Below, in pieces: positions 38,561 to 51,479 of a stretch of 64,000 nt of DNA. Source of the DNA: Ancylonema sp. (taxonomy: Eukaryota). Below the pieces are notes generated by a model. That model saw only the letters and a program-made list of their open reading frames with translations, did no database searches and was not told the origin of the DNA. Numbering within the stretch: position 1 is the first letter of the stretch; every line of letters begins with the position of its first letter. A program made the translations under genes and the position numbers. Where the stretch lies: positions 1-64,000 of the forward strand of contig JBFLGF010000173.1 in assembly GCA_050230475.1 (NCBI GenBank), read 5' to 3'.

Positions 38561-39410
38561 TTACTTAGGTCTCTTTCCAAGAGACCTAAGTTTCATCAGT
38601 TGCTTTCGGATGGTTGTAATAATCTGACATGGACCATACTTCTGTACGATTCTGTCCACGTCAGGTCACTCCGGGGTCTGTGATTGGCTGATTCTGACGG
38701 GTTTGACGATTTTGATATTTTTAAGAGTTCGGATGACATGTCACCGCTCACATGTCGTGCTGTGATTGGCTTACTTCGCGTTTTCGTAAAAAAATGCGTG
38801 AATTTTTTGCGTGAGATTCTTTCTGTATTTTGGGGGTTGCAGGTTGGTGTAAGTGGGGGGCCACCACTTGCTCCACCTGGTCAAGAAAGTTCGCGTTCGT
38901 TTCAGGTATTTCATGTGTGTTAGGCCCCCTAGTACAACCCTTCCTGTTTTCTAATATTCTAAATGTACCCTCATCCCTGTGGGATGTGCGATTATGTGCT
39001 GGAAGGAGAATGGAGGGCGATCAGAACCCCTCCCCCATTTTCTTTCCAACACATAGTACAGATTTATTATCACTTATGTGAGCCAGCGGAGCGCTTTAGA
39101 TGAAGGAAGCATTTGAAAGAAAAAATGAAATTTAAAAATGGTTTTTATTCTATTATTTACATTTTCGTTTACATTTACGTATATATTCTAAGTTCTTTTG
39201 GCTTGCTGGCTGGCTGGGTCATCTGCAAGAAAACTCCTGCTGCAGACAGTCAGTAGTTCACAATTTGACGTTAAAAATTTTTATTTTTTTATTTTCCGCA
39301 ATCTGCATAATCAGAAAGCTCAAAACAGCTAGGCATAACAGCAGTCCCAAAGAGTGCGCGCTGAACAAGAGACCGTATGAGCGTGAGAGCGCAAGGCAGA
39401 GAGCGAGAGG

Positions 39411-39505
39411 GCTGGCTGGCTGGCTGGCTGGCTGACAGGCTGGTTGGCTGGGTAGCTGGCTGGTCGATTGGCTGGCTGGCTGGCTGGCTGGCTGGCGGGC
39501 TGGTT
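39411..39505. repeat. (GCTG)n tetranucleotide microsatellite, degenerate
   Basis: GCTGGCTGGCTG... array, with shorter copies near 39205 and 39790. Confidence 0.85.
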
Positions 39506-41719
39506 GCATTCGCAAGTCGCAAACTCTTCTCCCCTCGCTCTGCAGTCAGAGAGCGAGTCATACTCAGTCAGCGAGCGAATCTACGACTCAGTCATCGATT
39601 CTAAGTGGCCTGGCATACTAGCACCGGAAATCAATTTTCGCAGAAATCCAATCACAGATGTAGGATGCAAGAATCGCAGTACAAAGCGTGATTTCTGTGA
39701 GAAATCGAGAGCGTGAGTGCGAGGCAGAGATTGGGTTGATGAAGGAGGGAGAGAGAGAGAGAGAGACAGAGAGAAGTGATGGAGTGATCGCTGGCTGGCT
39801 GGCGGAGAAGTAGGCTGGCTGGCTGATGATGGTCGGCTTCCTTTTGGCCGCAGTCGAAAATTGTAGTCGCAATTGCAGTCGCGCAGTCGCAGCTCATAAT
39901 TTGCAGTCGCAACGATTTATTTATTTTTGAATTACTGTAGAATTGCATTAAAACGTACTGCGATAATCGCTGAGAGCTCTCGGATATGGTAGCGGTGATG
40001 AGCTGCAGTCGAGACAGAATGGCGACATTGGCCGGCAGAATCGACGGCGTCTACCGCTAACGGCCGACGCCGCGCGTCCGCCGACCGGTAGTAATTTACA
40101 GCACGTTAAAGCCGGCGATAGGAGACAGGGCACAGGGCACAGGGCACCCTATCTTAAAAATCTAAATAATCAAACCTTAAGACTTTGACGGTCAAGACCG
40201 GATCTTGTTGGGGTTGCGTGGGATTGCGAAAAATAATTAAAGAGGGAATTTATCGATCCCATTATAGGATCGATATCTCGATCTTTGGTTCAGATATTTA
40301 GTCATGGATTTCTCTCATCTTAGAAGGGACGAAGCTTCTTTAAAGTTCCACATTTAGCACTCAAATGTGCTGACCATTGAACGATTTGTACAGTAAAACT
40401 TGTCTTAGTGAACGATTTGTACAGTAAAACTTGTCTTAATTAATAATGTTGGGACTGGGAAAGATGATCATTTAGTACAAGTCATTAATTAGCACGTTAG
40501 ATTCATGGTGATAACCCGAAATCGGGCTGATTTTTTCTTATTAGTTAAGACAGGTTAATAATTAGCACAATATTAATTAGGATAGGTCTCACTGTAGAGT
40601 GGGGAGGGAGCCATGGCCGACGAAAGTAGCGGAGGTAGAGCTCCAGAGAGCTCCGATTCAGGCTCTGGTAATTCACGTATATCTAGTTCCCCAACGGTAT
40701 TTCCTGTGGGAGAAAAGGTCTGCAGCGAGTTTGTACACGCTTTAGTCAAGTGGGGGGTACACTTCGTATAACGTCCTTGTGGCGGCGGCAAAAAAAACAA
40801 AAACTCAAACAAAGCGTGGGGCTTTGTACAAAGACCGGGGTTGGAGTGAAGAGTGTGATGAAGATGAGGATGGACCGACGGACTCAACGAAAGTCACTCT
40901 TGAGTCCCTCTTTGGTTACTTGAAGAAGCCGTCCATTAGCATTGCTGACCTCCTTGCCTACAATCTGGGATAGTTGTTATACATGTGCCACCAGAAGGTG
41001 GTAGAAACTTTATGATTCGAGACTAGTCATCGTTTACGCTTCGAGTTATAACTGCGGCACTTTTATTTATGACAATTTTGGTATGTATTACAATAAATTT
41101 GTTAAATGTGTCGGTTCGAATCCAATACCTGTAACGTTTATTGCTAAACATCTACGTGCAGTCTCTCAAACCCACCTAAAAACATTACTCACTCAATGGC
41201 CCCAAGTATTGATTAGTTTTTGTCGTTATACTCCACAGCGTTGCAATGGTGTGAAACTCCCATGAAATGGTGACAGTGTGAATGAGTCCGTTAACTTTTC
41301 AATACATGGTTATATGTAACGAACGACCGACTTCTATTTAATCCTTCAAAATAGTGACAAAATGGGAATTGTTGTTGCAGAGCAATACGTATACAGAGTA
41401 ACACGAGTTGACTCAAAAGGGTTGAATTAAGATAATGGAAAAATATACACATGTTCGTTGCACTATGTATGAAGACACCTAAGTAAAGAAAACCAACTAT
41501 TCGATCAAAGCCGAAAATTGACTTCAAAGGCATAAAAATCGACATGCAAAAGAAATACGAGTTATGTTTATAGTTAAATTATCGAACTACCTTCCAATGA
41601 TTGTATCTTTATCATGTGCAATGCATTACTAATAAAAACGCTCAACTCGCATAACATGTTTAATAAATTTGTTTCCAAACTCGCATTGCATCATTTGGGG
41701 GTGAAAATCCTTTTTTTTG

Positions 41720-41890
41720 TTGTTTTTTGGGGTTGCGTGTTGCATTTTGGGGTTGCGTGTTGCTTTCCGGGGTTGCGTGTTGCTTTTTGGGGTTGCGTGT
41801 TGCTACTTGGGGTTGCGTGGGGTTGGGTGGGGTTGCGTGGGGTTTCGAAAAAAACAACAACACGCAACCCAAAGGGGTTTGGGGTTGCGC
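41720..41890. repeat. 20-bp tandem repeat (GGGGTTGCGTGTTGC...), probably a transposon subterminal array
   Basis: Four to five head-to-tail units. The same GGGGTTGCG motif occurs at 37595-37730. Confidence 0.7.
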
Positions 41891-43719
41891 CCCATCCCTA
41901 GTCACTGGTCATTGACTCAATGACCATTGGTCAGTGCTCATACGCGGATGGGTGCCCTCCGGGCCGGACCTGCCGGTTTTGGGGCCGGACCTGCCGGTTC
42001 CACCCTATGGTAGGAGGGGTCCAAGGAGGAGGAAAAGGAGAAAGGCGGAAGTGGAGGGGAGGGGGCGGAGTTTAGGCAAGGAAAGTTCGTGAATATGGCA
42101 CTAATGTCATGGCACTCAAATTTAAACTTTCGGGTTCGGATCCGGACCATGTCGTCCGGGACGAGTTTTGAACTTCTTCCGGACATGTTTGCCAAATACC
42201 GGACATGCCTCTAGAATTCCGGAAATGTCGAGGGCCAATGATGTCAGGTTGCCATTTGTTCTTTAGGTTTCAAAGACATGAGTCTAGATTTTGAATGACA
42301 CACATTACCACAACGTCACATTCCCATCACATTCTCATCACATTCCCACAACGTCGGACAATGAAAAAGATGAACGTTCTTTAAGCGAAGCAACATATAT
42401 CCAAAGCATCATTGTCAATTTATTAAAAAGTCCCTCCAAACATGTACACGGGCCCCGGTCTAGCCACTCCGCTGCCCCCCGACCCCCCTTCTCCGCCCCC
42501 TTTCTTCTTTCGTTTCTTGTATGCCCTTTTCTCCTCTTGTTTAGGGTTGGCGACACCGCCCTACCGCCCTACTCCCTACCGTTTCACCGCGGTAGCTACC
42601 GATGCTCAAATATGCAGTAGGGGGTAGGGAAATTAGCCCAACCGCGGTTGGCTCGGTAGGGGGTAGGGCGATAGGAAATAACCGGTAGGGAACGGTAGGG
42701 AACGGTAGGGATCGGTAGGAAATGGTAGGGAACAGTAGAAGAATCGAATATTTCCGACAGTTTTTTTTTTGGTCGCAAATTATATCTTTGACTTTACGCT
42801 GGGAATAAAAATTCTCTACCGTTTCCTACCGCTCCCTACCGTGTCCCTACCGATTTCCATACTGCCTTTCCGCCGCCCTACCCCCGACTGATGCCCTTCC
42901 TGAGGCATCCGGTCCTAATTGTGTACAGACCCCCCACCGTAATATCGGGAGAACGGCAAAACTCATAATGTCGCTGTACATAGGGGCCATGGCCGTCCAA
43001 ACCGTGGTTTTTCGTTATGCGCGGCGTAGGGATACTGGTGGCCCCAACTGGTGCACTCCTGAAGCGCTGCTGTCCGCAGATTACTAGCGCTGCCTTCTTG
43101 CTGCTGTCGTGCAGCCCTATAGTTGTGATGATGCTTCCGAGCCTTGTACTGCAGTGTGCGGCCGGTTGTGAGCGTAGCTACGATTCCTTACTGTCTTGAC
43201 GCCCGCGTGTTGTTGCATATGTATATAGCTTTTCGAGTACTTGTGTTAAAAGATCAGGGTGTCATGTTGGTTTCTTTCGCTAACGTGTAGGTTTAGCGCG
43301 TAGGTTTCAAATCTGATTGCGTTGAAGCGATGGAATACATGTCGGTAAGCGTCTATGTCATTCCTTTTAAAGAACGTGGTGATGTAAAATATTCTACACT
43401 TGCCGTAGTCATGTGGTAGCGTGCAGCGCTCATATATACAAGATATAATTTTGTGAGGGCATATAAGGTGGAACTCAATTTATTTTGGGTCGTAAACCTC
43501 CGAATAGTAATGTCAGCTGCATAAATATTTATTTTAGTCAATTAATGCATATTTATTTGCTTTTGCCAATTTTTGTTCGTTGCTGCAGCAGTGAATGGAC
43601 ACCTTGGTGCCTCGCGGTGGATGCCAACCGGAGCCAAAACGCGTCCGCTAGCGGACGTGTTCCGGACGCGTCCGCAAAATGCCTTGACCCGTCCGGCTAC
43701 TACTATGATCTGTATGCAT

Positions 43720-44217
43720 CATAGTCGGCCCCGCCCCGCAGATCCCGCACCGCTTTCCGCCCCAGGCGGACCCGCCCCAGGCGGTGCCCCGGGCGGAAAA
43801 TTTCCCTCCCGGGGCGGGGCTATGTAGGTTTTGTAGGTGTTTCGTAAAAGGACCGCAAGACCACGTAGATCATGTACATCTTTTAAAAAGTCAAATCCGA
43901 CAAGTATTCAAGATTTTATAACACTAAGTACGCTTGCCATCTGTACCCGTGTAATATTCTTTTGTATATCACAAGTTTATTTATTTTTATTTTTATTTGT
44001 ATCGCATTATACCACACCACGCCACGGAGTCGGACTCAGGGGTGACAATAGATGATTTTGGAGTTGTGGCGTACGGTGCACATTGTGCAACCAACCATAT
44101 CTCCGCATTGCAACATTTTTTTTTTGTGGTATTTTGGCCTATGGCCCCGCCCCGCATATCCCGCCCCGATTTTCGCCCCGGGCGAAAAATTCCTCGCCCG
44201 GGGCGGGGCCAACTATG
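43720..44217. mobile_element. hAT-type MITE (GCCCCG motif)
   Basis: TIR CATAGTCGGCCCCGCC / GGCGGGGCCAACTATG. Flanks GTATGCAT / GTATACTT match 6 of 8. Confidence 0.65.
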
Positions 44218-44231
44218 GTATACTTCATGTC

Positions 44232-44850
44232 TAGAGTGGGGGTAACCCTGAAATTATTTTCAGGGTTAAGTCGTAACCCTGAAATAACCCCTTTTAGCCC
44301 TGATTAACCCTAATTAACCCTAATTAACCCTAAATATCCTTAATAATCCCGATAACCCTGCTTAACCCTGATTAACCCTAGGGTTATTAACCCTGAAATA
44401 CCTGTCAAAATTAATATGACGGAACTGAAAACAGGTTATGAATTGAAACAGGTTATTTATTTGAACAGGTTATTAATTCACCCGAAATCGGGCGCAAGAT
44501 CGGATGGAAGATTTTTTATAAATTTAGACAGGTATTAATTGGTGCAATATAATTATATTGCGTACCCGGAAGTACCCGTCCCGCCGGCAGCGGCGGCGGC
44601 AAAATTAGCCCTTCAATAACCCCGATTAACCCTTTTTTACCCCGAATAACCCCGATTAACCCCGATTAACCCCGATTAACCCTGACTAACCCTGATTAGC
44701 CCTGATTACCCCAGGGTTATCGGGTTAAATCAGGGCTAACCAGTAACCTCGAAGTCTTAACCCTGTTTTGGGGAGGAGGGTTAAATCAGGCTCTTAACCT
44801 CGAGATTAAGGGATAAGGGTTATCAGGGTCAAGGGTTAACCCCCACTCTA
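44232..44850. mobile_element. hAT-type MITE with telomere-like TAACCC subterminal arrays
   Basis: TIR TAGAGTGGGGGT(T)AACCCT. Flanks TTCATGTC / ATCATGTC match 7 of 8. Many ATTAACCC units. Confidence 0.7.
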
Positions 44851-45303
44851 ATCATGTCCCCTTCCGGACTGAATTCAAAATCGGTAGGAAGCGGTAGGGG
44901 GAGAATACCGTGGTAGAAACCCCCTACCGCGGACCGAAAATGCGGTGTCAGCCTACTCCTGATCCCTACCCTCCGCATGATTTGCGGGCAGTCGGATCTC
45001 CCGTCCGCCCGAAACTTGACCCGAACCCGGAAACTCCGGAGTGTGGGCGGTCCCCGGTTGTCCCCGGTTGAGGAGGCCGTCCGCGTAAAGGTAGAACTGA
45101 CGATCCGGCCGGTGAAAGCTCGCAATCCGACATTCCCTGCTCCAAAGACTGCTCCAAAGAAACGCTTTTCGGCGATAATGTAAGCTGAGCGGGCAGTGGT
45201 AACGAGATTCTTGCACAGCCCGATCAGTTCTCCCGCCATTGTTGGCACGTAAAGTTGGCGGACTCGACCGGACCTTGAGGTCTATGGTTTTATTCGAGAC
45301 AGA

Positions 45304-46924
45304 ATGAACAGAAAAACAAGCTCTAGTACAAAAGTATCGAAAGCGGAGTGCGGGGGATTGCATGAAAATGCCTTTCTTAACTTGCAAACCGACCACCTGG
45401 TTCGAAGTCTGCAGCTTTTGGATACCTGGTCTGTCTTCGCGTTCGCTCGAACTTGCAAGCAGAATCGTGATGTGACTTTCTCAGACGCTGTCTGGAAAGT
45501 TTTTTGTTACAGAGAATGGGGGGCTCACTGCTGTGATCAGATTCCGCCAGGTGTGAAACGAAGGGCAGGATGGTTGGGACTCTGGGGTGACATGGCAACT
45601 ATGGAACCTCATGCCGACGTGGCATGAGGTTCGACGATTGGGCCCAAGACCCAATGTGAGGGCGAGCCACGCCATGAGTTCTATGCACGGCAGTGTGTGT
45701 ATCTATGGAGGTGGCTGCGATGGAGGTATGGTGGGGGCGTGCATGTGGTCATGTGTGGGTTGCTGCCACGTGGTTCTCACTCCCGCCTCCCGTTGGCAGG
45801 GCGCCATCTGTCGGACATGTGGATCACGCATTCCAGTCCTTTACTCGTATCCGAGGGCCCTGCCTCTGGGATCCAGTGGCAGCAGGCCGCTTTGCAGCAA
45901 CCTAGTGGTCGGTTCCAGCTCAGCTGCACGCTTATGGGCGAGCGGGTCGTGGTGTTCGGCGGAATTGACGAGAATGGAAAACGTGAGTGCCCACTGCTTC
46001 CTGCTCCCTGCTCCCTGCCCCCTGCCCTCACCCCATCTCCTCTTTGTGGCCCCAGGATCCGACGAGACTTGGGGGCTCAATTGTGCTCATCTGGGTGAAG
46101 GTGGTGAGGGCAGTTGGCAGCGAATTGATGCGGGGAACGCACCGTCCGCAAGGGGGGCACACGCAGCCGCATGGGGGGGGGGTTCCAAAATGATCGTCTT
46201 TGGGGGCATCAATCAAGAAGCAGAGCGACAGAATGACACCTGGATGCTAGATCTAGACACGCAATCCCTGACATGGCGCCAGGTGGCAGTAGGGTCCCCC
46301 CTCCCTGAGGCACGCTGAGGCTACTCGCTGACGTGGGTGGGGGAGGGGCGAGTGGTGCTGTTTGGAGGAAGGGGGGCGAACCTGAATGTGCTTCAAGACA
46401 CTTGGATCATGGAACTGCACGACCACAAGGGGGGGGAGCCCAGTGAGCCCAGTGGGCGCTGGGTTTGTTTGGATAGCGGTACCCTCCCCTGCCCTGGTCC
46501 CCGTGCAGGCCACTCTGCCACCCCAATCCTGGGCGGGCGCGTGGTGGTGGTGGGGGGGGAGGATGAGAAACGTGTCCGCCAAGGCGACACTTGGCTGCTG
46601 GATCCACGGGGGGCGCCAAGTGGAGCAAGGAGGAAGAAGGGGCGGCGAAGGGGAGAGGGTTGTCAAGTGGTAGCGGAGGATGGAGTGGCAGTCGTACCGG
46701 GGGGGGGGGAGGGGGAGGTGCAACTGTCGTTGCCCCCCCTTTGGAGGCCGTTGGTTTGTGAGGGGGCTCTGCCACCCAGGGCGTATCATGGAGCGTGTGG
46801 GGGGGGGGGTGGATGTGCTCTGATGCTGTGGGGTGGAATGGTGGATGGGGAGAGGAAGGGGCACAGCGCAGCGGGATTAACCTTTGACGACCACTTCTAT
46901 GTGTTGCGATTGGCGAGGACGTGA
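45304..46924 (+). pseudogene. F-box/Kelch-repeat protein with a frameshift (~45607) and in-frame TGA (46316-46318); introns 45726-45799 and 45983-46055
   Basis: F-box-like VFAFARTCK...SDAVWKVFCYREWG. Kelch repeats RASHAM...YGGGCDGGRHLSDMW, RGAHA...VFGGI and RAGHSAT...VVGG. The lesions could be sequencing errors. Confidence 0.75.
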
Positions 46925-47737
46925 GGGAGGGGAAGAAGAGAGAACGGAAGACGGAAGTCAAGTAGGAAAACGGAAGACGGAAGAATTCGTTGTATTTGTG
47001 TTTTCACAACGGGGAACATTGAACAATGAACAATGGTGGAGTCGCCCCACTTTGTGTTGGAAGCCAATTGCGTTGAAGGTGCACCGAAATAATGCAAGTA
47101 CTGAAATGAGTTGACGAAGTCAATTGGGTCCAAGTCTCGGCCCGCGGGTTGTACTATGGGCATTGTGTTTTTTCTTATCAATAAAGTGACGACTTCCATA
47201 GCATGATTTTGTGCGAAAAAGTACAAAAACAATGATCATGGGCAACATAGTACCACCCCATTATGGCATTGCGGCATGTTGGTGTGTGTAATGCTTTGCA
47301 CAATTACTCTTCCGAAGAGAGAGTGCTTGTCAACAACCATTTGAATCTGCAGTACCTTAGAAAACACGTTTTTATTTCCAGATGGTAATTGGTTTGAGTA
47401 CCTCGGGGGTCATTGTTCGTTTGCACTTGGAGAGACGGTTTTGTTGCCCAACTCGTCCCTTTGCGCAAACAAAGATGTTGTTACCAATGGAACATGAACA
47501 TAAAGAAGATAGAGAAATATATAAAGTATTTCGCACCACTCTTCTTAATGTGAATCATTTATGGATGCTTGGGAGGATGTCTCACAAGACTCTTGTGACA
47601 AGTTAATCATCTTATTGTGGTTCTTGATATCATGAAAGGTCCAAAGAGTCAAAGAAAGAAACGTGTTCCTTGCTTCACACCCTGTTAAAGGAGCAATTGC
47701 AAGGGTGAGTTTGCACGCCATTGAATAATGTAACAAC

Positions 47738-48324
47738 CATAGTTGGGTCTAGACGCGTCTTGGATCCGGACACCCCCACCAATAAAAAAACGAAAACTCG
47801 AAACGTCTAACAATTCCCCCCCCCCCCCCCTCCCCTTGTTGGCCACGGCTGTTAGTTTTTAGGGGCTGTGAACTTTTGTCGTTATCGATTTTAGCAATAC
47901 CGGGAATTTAGCTTTAGTTTTGTCGTTATTCAGCAAATGCAGGCTGCAGGCAGGCTGCAGGCCGGCTGCAGGCCGATGTCTCCTTGTTTCAATGATTATT
48001 TGGCCATCTGGCACAAGTGTCGATAAGAACTAGTTGATGTGGCAGAATGCTTATATATGATTGGCAGTTGACGAAATACTTTCGATACCAGTAGATTCTT
48101 TGATCAGGCAACAATCGACTGTACTAGGTCTGAACTTGTATGCTGAATTCTGTAATCAGACTTTTCTACTTCAAACTTGCACTTTTGTTGTCAACGTTTG
48201 TAATGACGTGATTTGTCGATTCAAGAGTTGTCTGAGAGAATTGTGCTTTATTCTTGCATTGATGGCAGAAGAAAGCACTCACAACGGCCACGTCCAAGAC
48301 GGGCGCATCCGGGACGCAACTATG
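47738..48324. mobile_element. hAT-type MITE (GGACGCGTCC motif) hosting a solo LTR
   Basis: CATAGTTG...CAACTATG termini. Flanks GTAACAAC / GTAACAAA match 7 of 8. Confidence 0.7.
47850..48283 (+). mobile_element. Solo LTR (Copia family-1 related)
   Basis: TG...CA ends, perfect 5-bp TSD ACGGC (47845-47849 / 48284-48288), homologous to 33550-33974. Confidence 0.9.
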
Positions 48325-48973
48325 GTAACAAACGATTTCATGTGGGCTGAACACTTGTCGCGCCGTGCAAACACTCTAATTGTATTTAAGTTGGTGCGCT
48401 CTTGGCTAGCAAGACCCCTCAATTGGGAATAGATAGTGTATTTCAACAACTTGACACCACCGTATATTGTTGTCAAATCGAGGAAACAAATAGCGACTTG
48501 TTGGCACTGATGCACAACGCAGGCTGTGGCCTGACCAAAGTGATTGTCGCTTCCCATGTCTACGGCGTGTTCAATACAAGTCTCCCATGTGCACACCGAT
48601 ATGGGTCAACTAAAGAACGCCTTGACGGCCACCGTGCCCGCTATTAATCTAGACTCGCACGTGTCTAAACTTGTAATCAATTTCGATTCTATATGTATTC
48701 AGGTCCATAGATTCATTATGGTATACACATTCTCCTCATTTATGTGGAGCACAATACACACTTTCAAGCCATCTATTGTGGTCCCCGCAATATACACTTA
48801 TCGCTTTAACATACTTAGCCTATAGGGGTTTAGTGGACGGCGACAACGGACATGCCAAAGGTACGACAAAACGGTATCTTTGTTGGAGTAGCCAATTCAC
48901 ATCTTGAACATTAATTAACGAACGTCGTGGCTCGGCGTTTTGATGGTCATCTTGGCTCTACGGAGGTAAGTGT

Positions 48974-49725
48974 TGTCAGTTTTTAGGGTTTGTAAACTTC
49001 TGTTTTAATATCGATTTTAGGGCTTAGATTTGTCGATTTTGTAGTTTTGCATGTCGACATGATCGTGATGTTACTTTTGGCCACCTAGTAACGTGTCGAT
49101 AAGAGTAGGCAACGTGTGGATAAGAATAGCTGACTTGGCACAATACTTGAATACGATTGGTGTTGACTTGATAGTCCGATCAGTAATGATGTTTGACAAG
49201 GAGGGGGTATGGATCACACTCGATTGTACTTAGTCTGAGCCTGCATGCAAAATTTTGCAATCAATCAATCTATCTCAAACTTGCACTTTCGTTGTGTGTG
49301 TTTGTAAAGTTGTGAATGATTGCTTCAAGTGTGTGAAGTCTGTTGCTTCTTGCGTCGATTGGCAGAAGATAGGGGCAAGAGTGGTATCAGAGCACGGTTC
49401 TACATTTTAAATGAAGGACAAGTTCATTTTCAAGCATGAAGATATAAGGCGTCAGCTATTCTTGATGACTCTCACTACGTGGAGATCTGCAAAGGATTGG
49501 TGAAAAAACGAGATGAAATTTACCCTGCCTACGATGATGAGCATTGGATCACCAATCAGGTAGAAATGGGTCAGTCAGAAGCTACTGCAAGCGTACCAAA
49601 AAAGTAGTGATGTTGTTGATGGGACTTGTGAGCGAGGATATTGCAACATCCCTTGAGCAATTTGAAACGAAACTAGCAGACATGTGGAAGTACCTAAAAG
49701 AGGAATTTCATGCCGCTAGAGATCG
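48974..49725 (+). mobile_element. Copia family-1 5' LTR (48974-49380), PBS (49382-49393) and gag start
   Basis: PBS TGGTATCAGAGC. Gag YDDEHWITNQ...DMWKYLKEEF is homologous to 10440-10660. Confidence 0.85.
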
Positions 49726-51479
49726 TTAGAAAGTAAAGTTTTTTTAATTGTCGATCCACTTGAAAAATACAAATTTTGGTAATTGTCGATTTTAGTCGTT
49801 ATATCGAACACTGTCGTCATATGAGTTTCGATTTGATAATTTTGTTATACTTAGTGAATCTAGAAAAGTCGGTGTACCATTTTTTAGATTTTAATTTGGA
49901 GTATTTTGTCGTATCGACGAGTTAGTAGATTCCCAGTGCGCGCCGAGCTTTATTTCAGTCAGCCAGCCTGGCTAATGAACTGCCGCACGTGTAAAATTTA
50001 GAACTCTAGAATAGACAGTCACGATTAGCTGTCTAGTCGATATTTTTTGTCAGCCTTAGATCTAGATAAGATCTAGATCTAAATTATCTAGATTATCTAG
50101 ATAAGATCATTGTGTTGCAATCTCTCTGAATTCGTGTATTCCGAAATCGTCTACTATCGTTATCAAGTGTGCCGTTTTGCCTTTGATATTCTCTCTGAAT
50201 TTTTGCAAACTTCACGTCGCTCCATTCAACCGTAAGTTCTGCGAAATTGCTCGTTTGTTTCTGCGTGCTGTCGCATCTCAAGTAATTAAAAAGTCGTGTG
50301 CCGTTATGCAAAAGTTCTCATGATTTCTGTCACACTAGACTCGTAATAAAATTTTCGCCAGTATGGTGTGCTGCGCTCGTATCCGGAACCAGTATTTGTA
50401 TTGTAATGGCGATTGGAGCTCCAGGGTGCATGGAATCGCTTCAACATTGCTCGATTGTCGATTATCGCACAATAGCAGAGATGGTAAATCTAAAAATGCT
50501 TTCTTTCGAAAAAAAAATTCCCGCCTTACTAAATGTAACAATAGCTTACTTCTGTGATTTGAACAGCTGGAAATTATTACGATTTGCTCCTGTAATAGAT
50601 TCTTAGAAGCCAGCCTCCGAGACTGGCTTTTGCGCTGTGGTTTTTGCGCTGAAGTCAGTCGTCGTTAAGAGCTCTTATTCTATTTTTGCTGCACAAAAAA
50701 AATCATTTTTGTCATAGTAGATTCGTGATGAAATTTTCGTCAGTTTGGTATGCTGCGCTAGTATTCAAAACTAGTATTTTTTCTGTAATGGCGATGAGGG
50801 CTGTAGGGTGCATGGAAATCGCTTGGATAGCGCTCGATTTTTGTCAACCGCACAGTCTCTCAATCGGTTCTCAGTAATTTAATACTGCGATACTTAATCC
50901 TGTCTTAATTAACACTATCGGGACTGTAGAAAGATATTAAGTGCGACACGTTATTAAGTCACACGTCAGATTTTACCCGGGATCCGTAATAACCTGTAAA
51001 AACTCGAAATTGCCTACAATTTAATCGTATGTACCTAAGATGTACACGCCCGTCAAAATCTCCGCTGGGCGGCGCCCGCAGGCGGTGCCACTCGCGGGCG
51101 AAACGCGAACGGGAATGTCCACGTGGCGTGTATATATAGAGCTTTTTTAGGGTTCTGGTGTATTCAGTTTTTAAAGCTCCATATTGATCGGAATAAAAAA
51201 ATAAAGAGTGCTAATAGCAACTACATAGTTTCATCTACATGAAACATTCTTTTTTGTAAGATTATCATAAAACGTCTAGAAGCTTTGCTTTTTTAAACTT
51301 GCTTTCTTGAAATTCCGAAATTCAGCGTGCCCAGAACGGGCGGCTGGGCGGAGGCAAGCGAAAAAATCCCCGCCCGCGGGCAGGTATATCTATGGATGGA
51401 CTGGATGCGCACTAACATGTTTATGTTTTTTGGTTACAAATGGATTAAATTAGACTCAAGATAATATCTATAATACTGT

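Noticed and set aside
41720..41890. CRISPR-like array
   Set aside because: Contiguous 20-bp tandem units without unique spacers, no cas genes, and a eukaryotic context.
44240..44840. True or interstitial telomere
   Set aside because: Units are degenerate 9-10-mers in both orientations, bounded by TIRs and an 8-bp TSD.
46316..46318. Selenocysteine codon
   Set aside because: Kelch repeats have no known redox Cys here, the gene also has a frameshift, and I could not see a SECIS.
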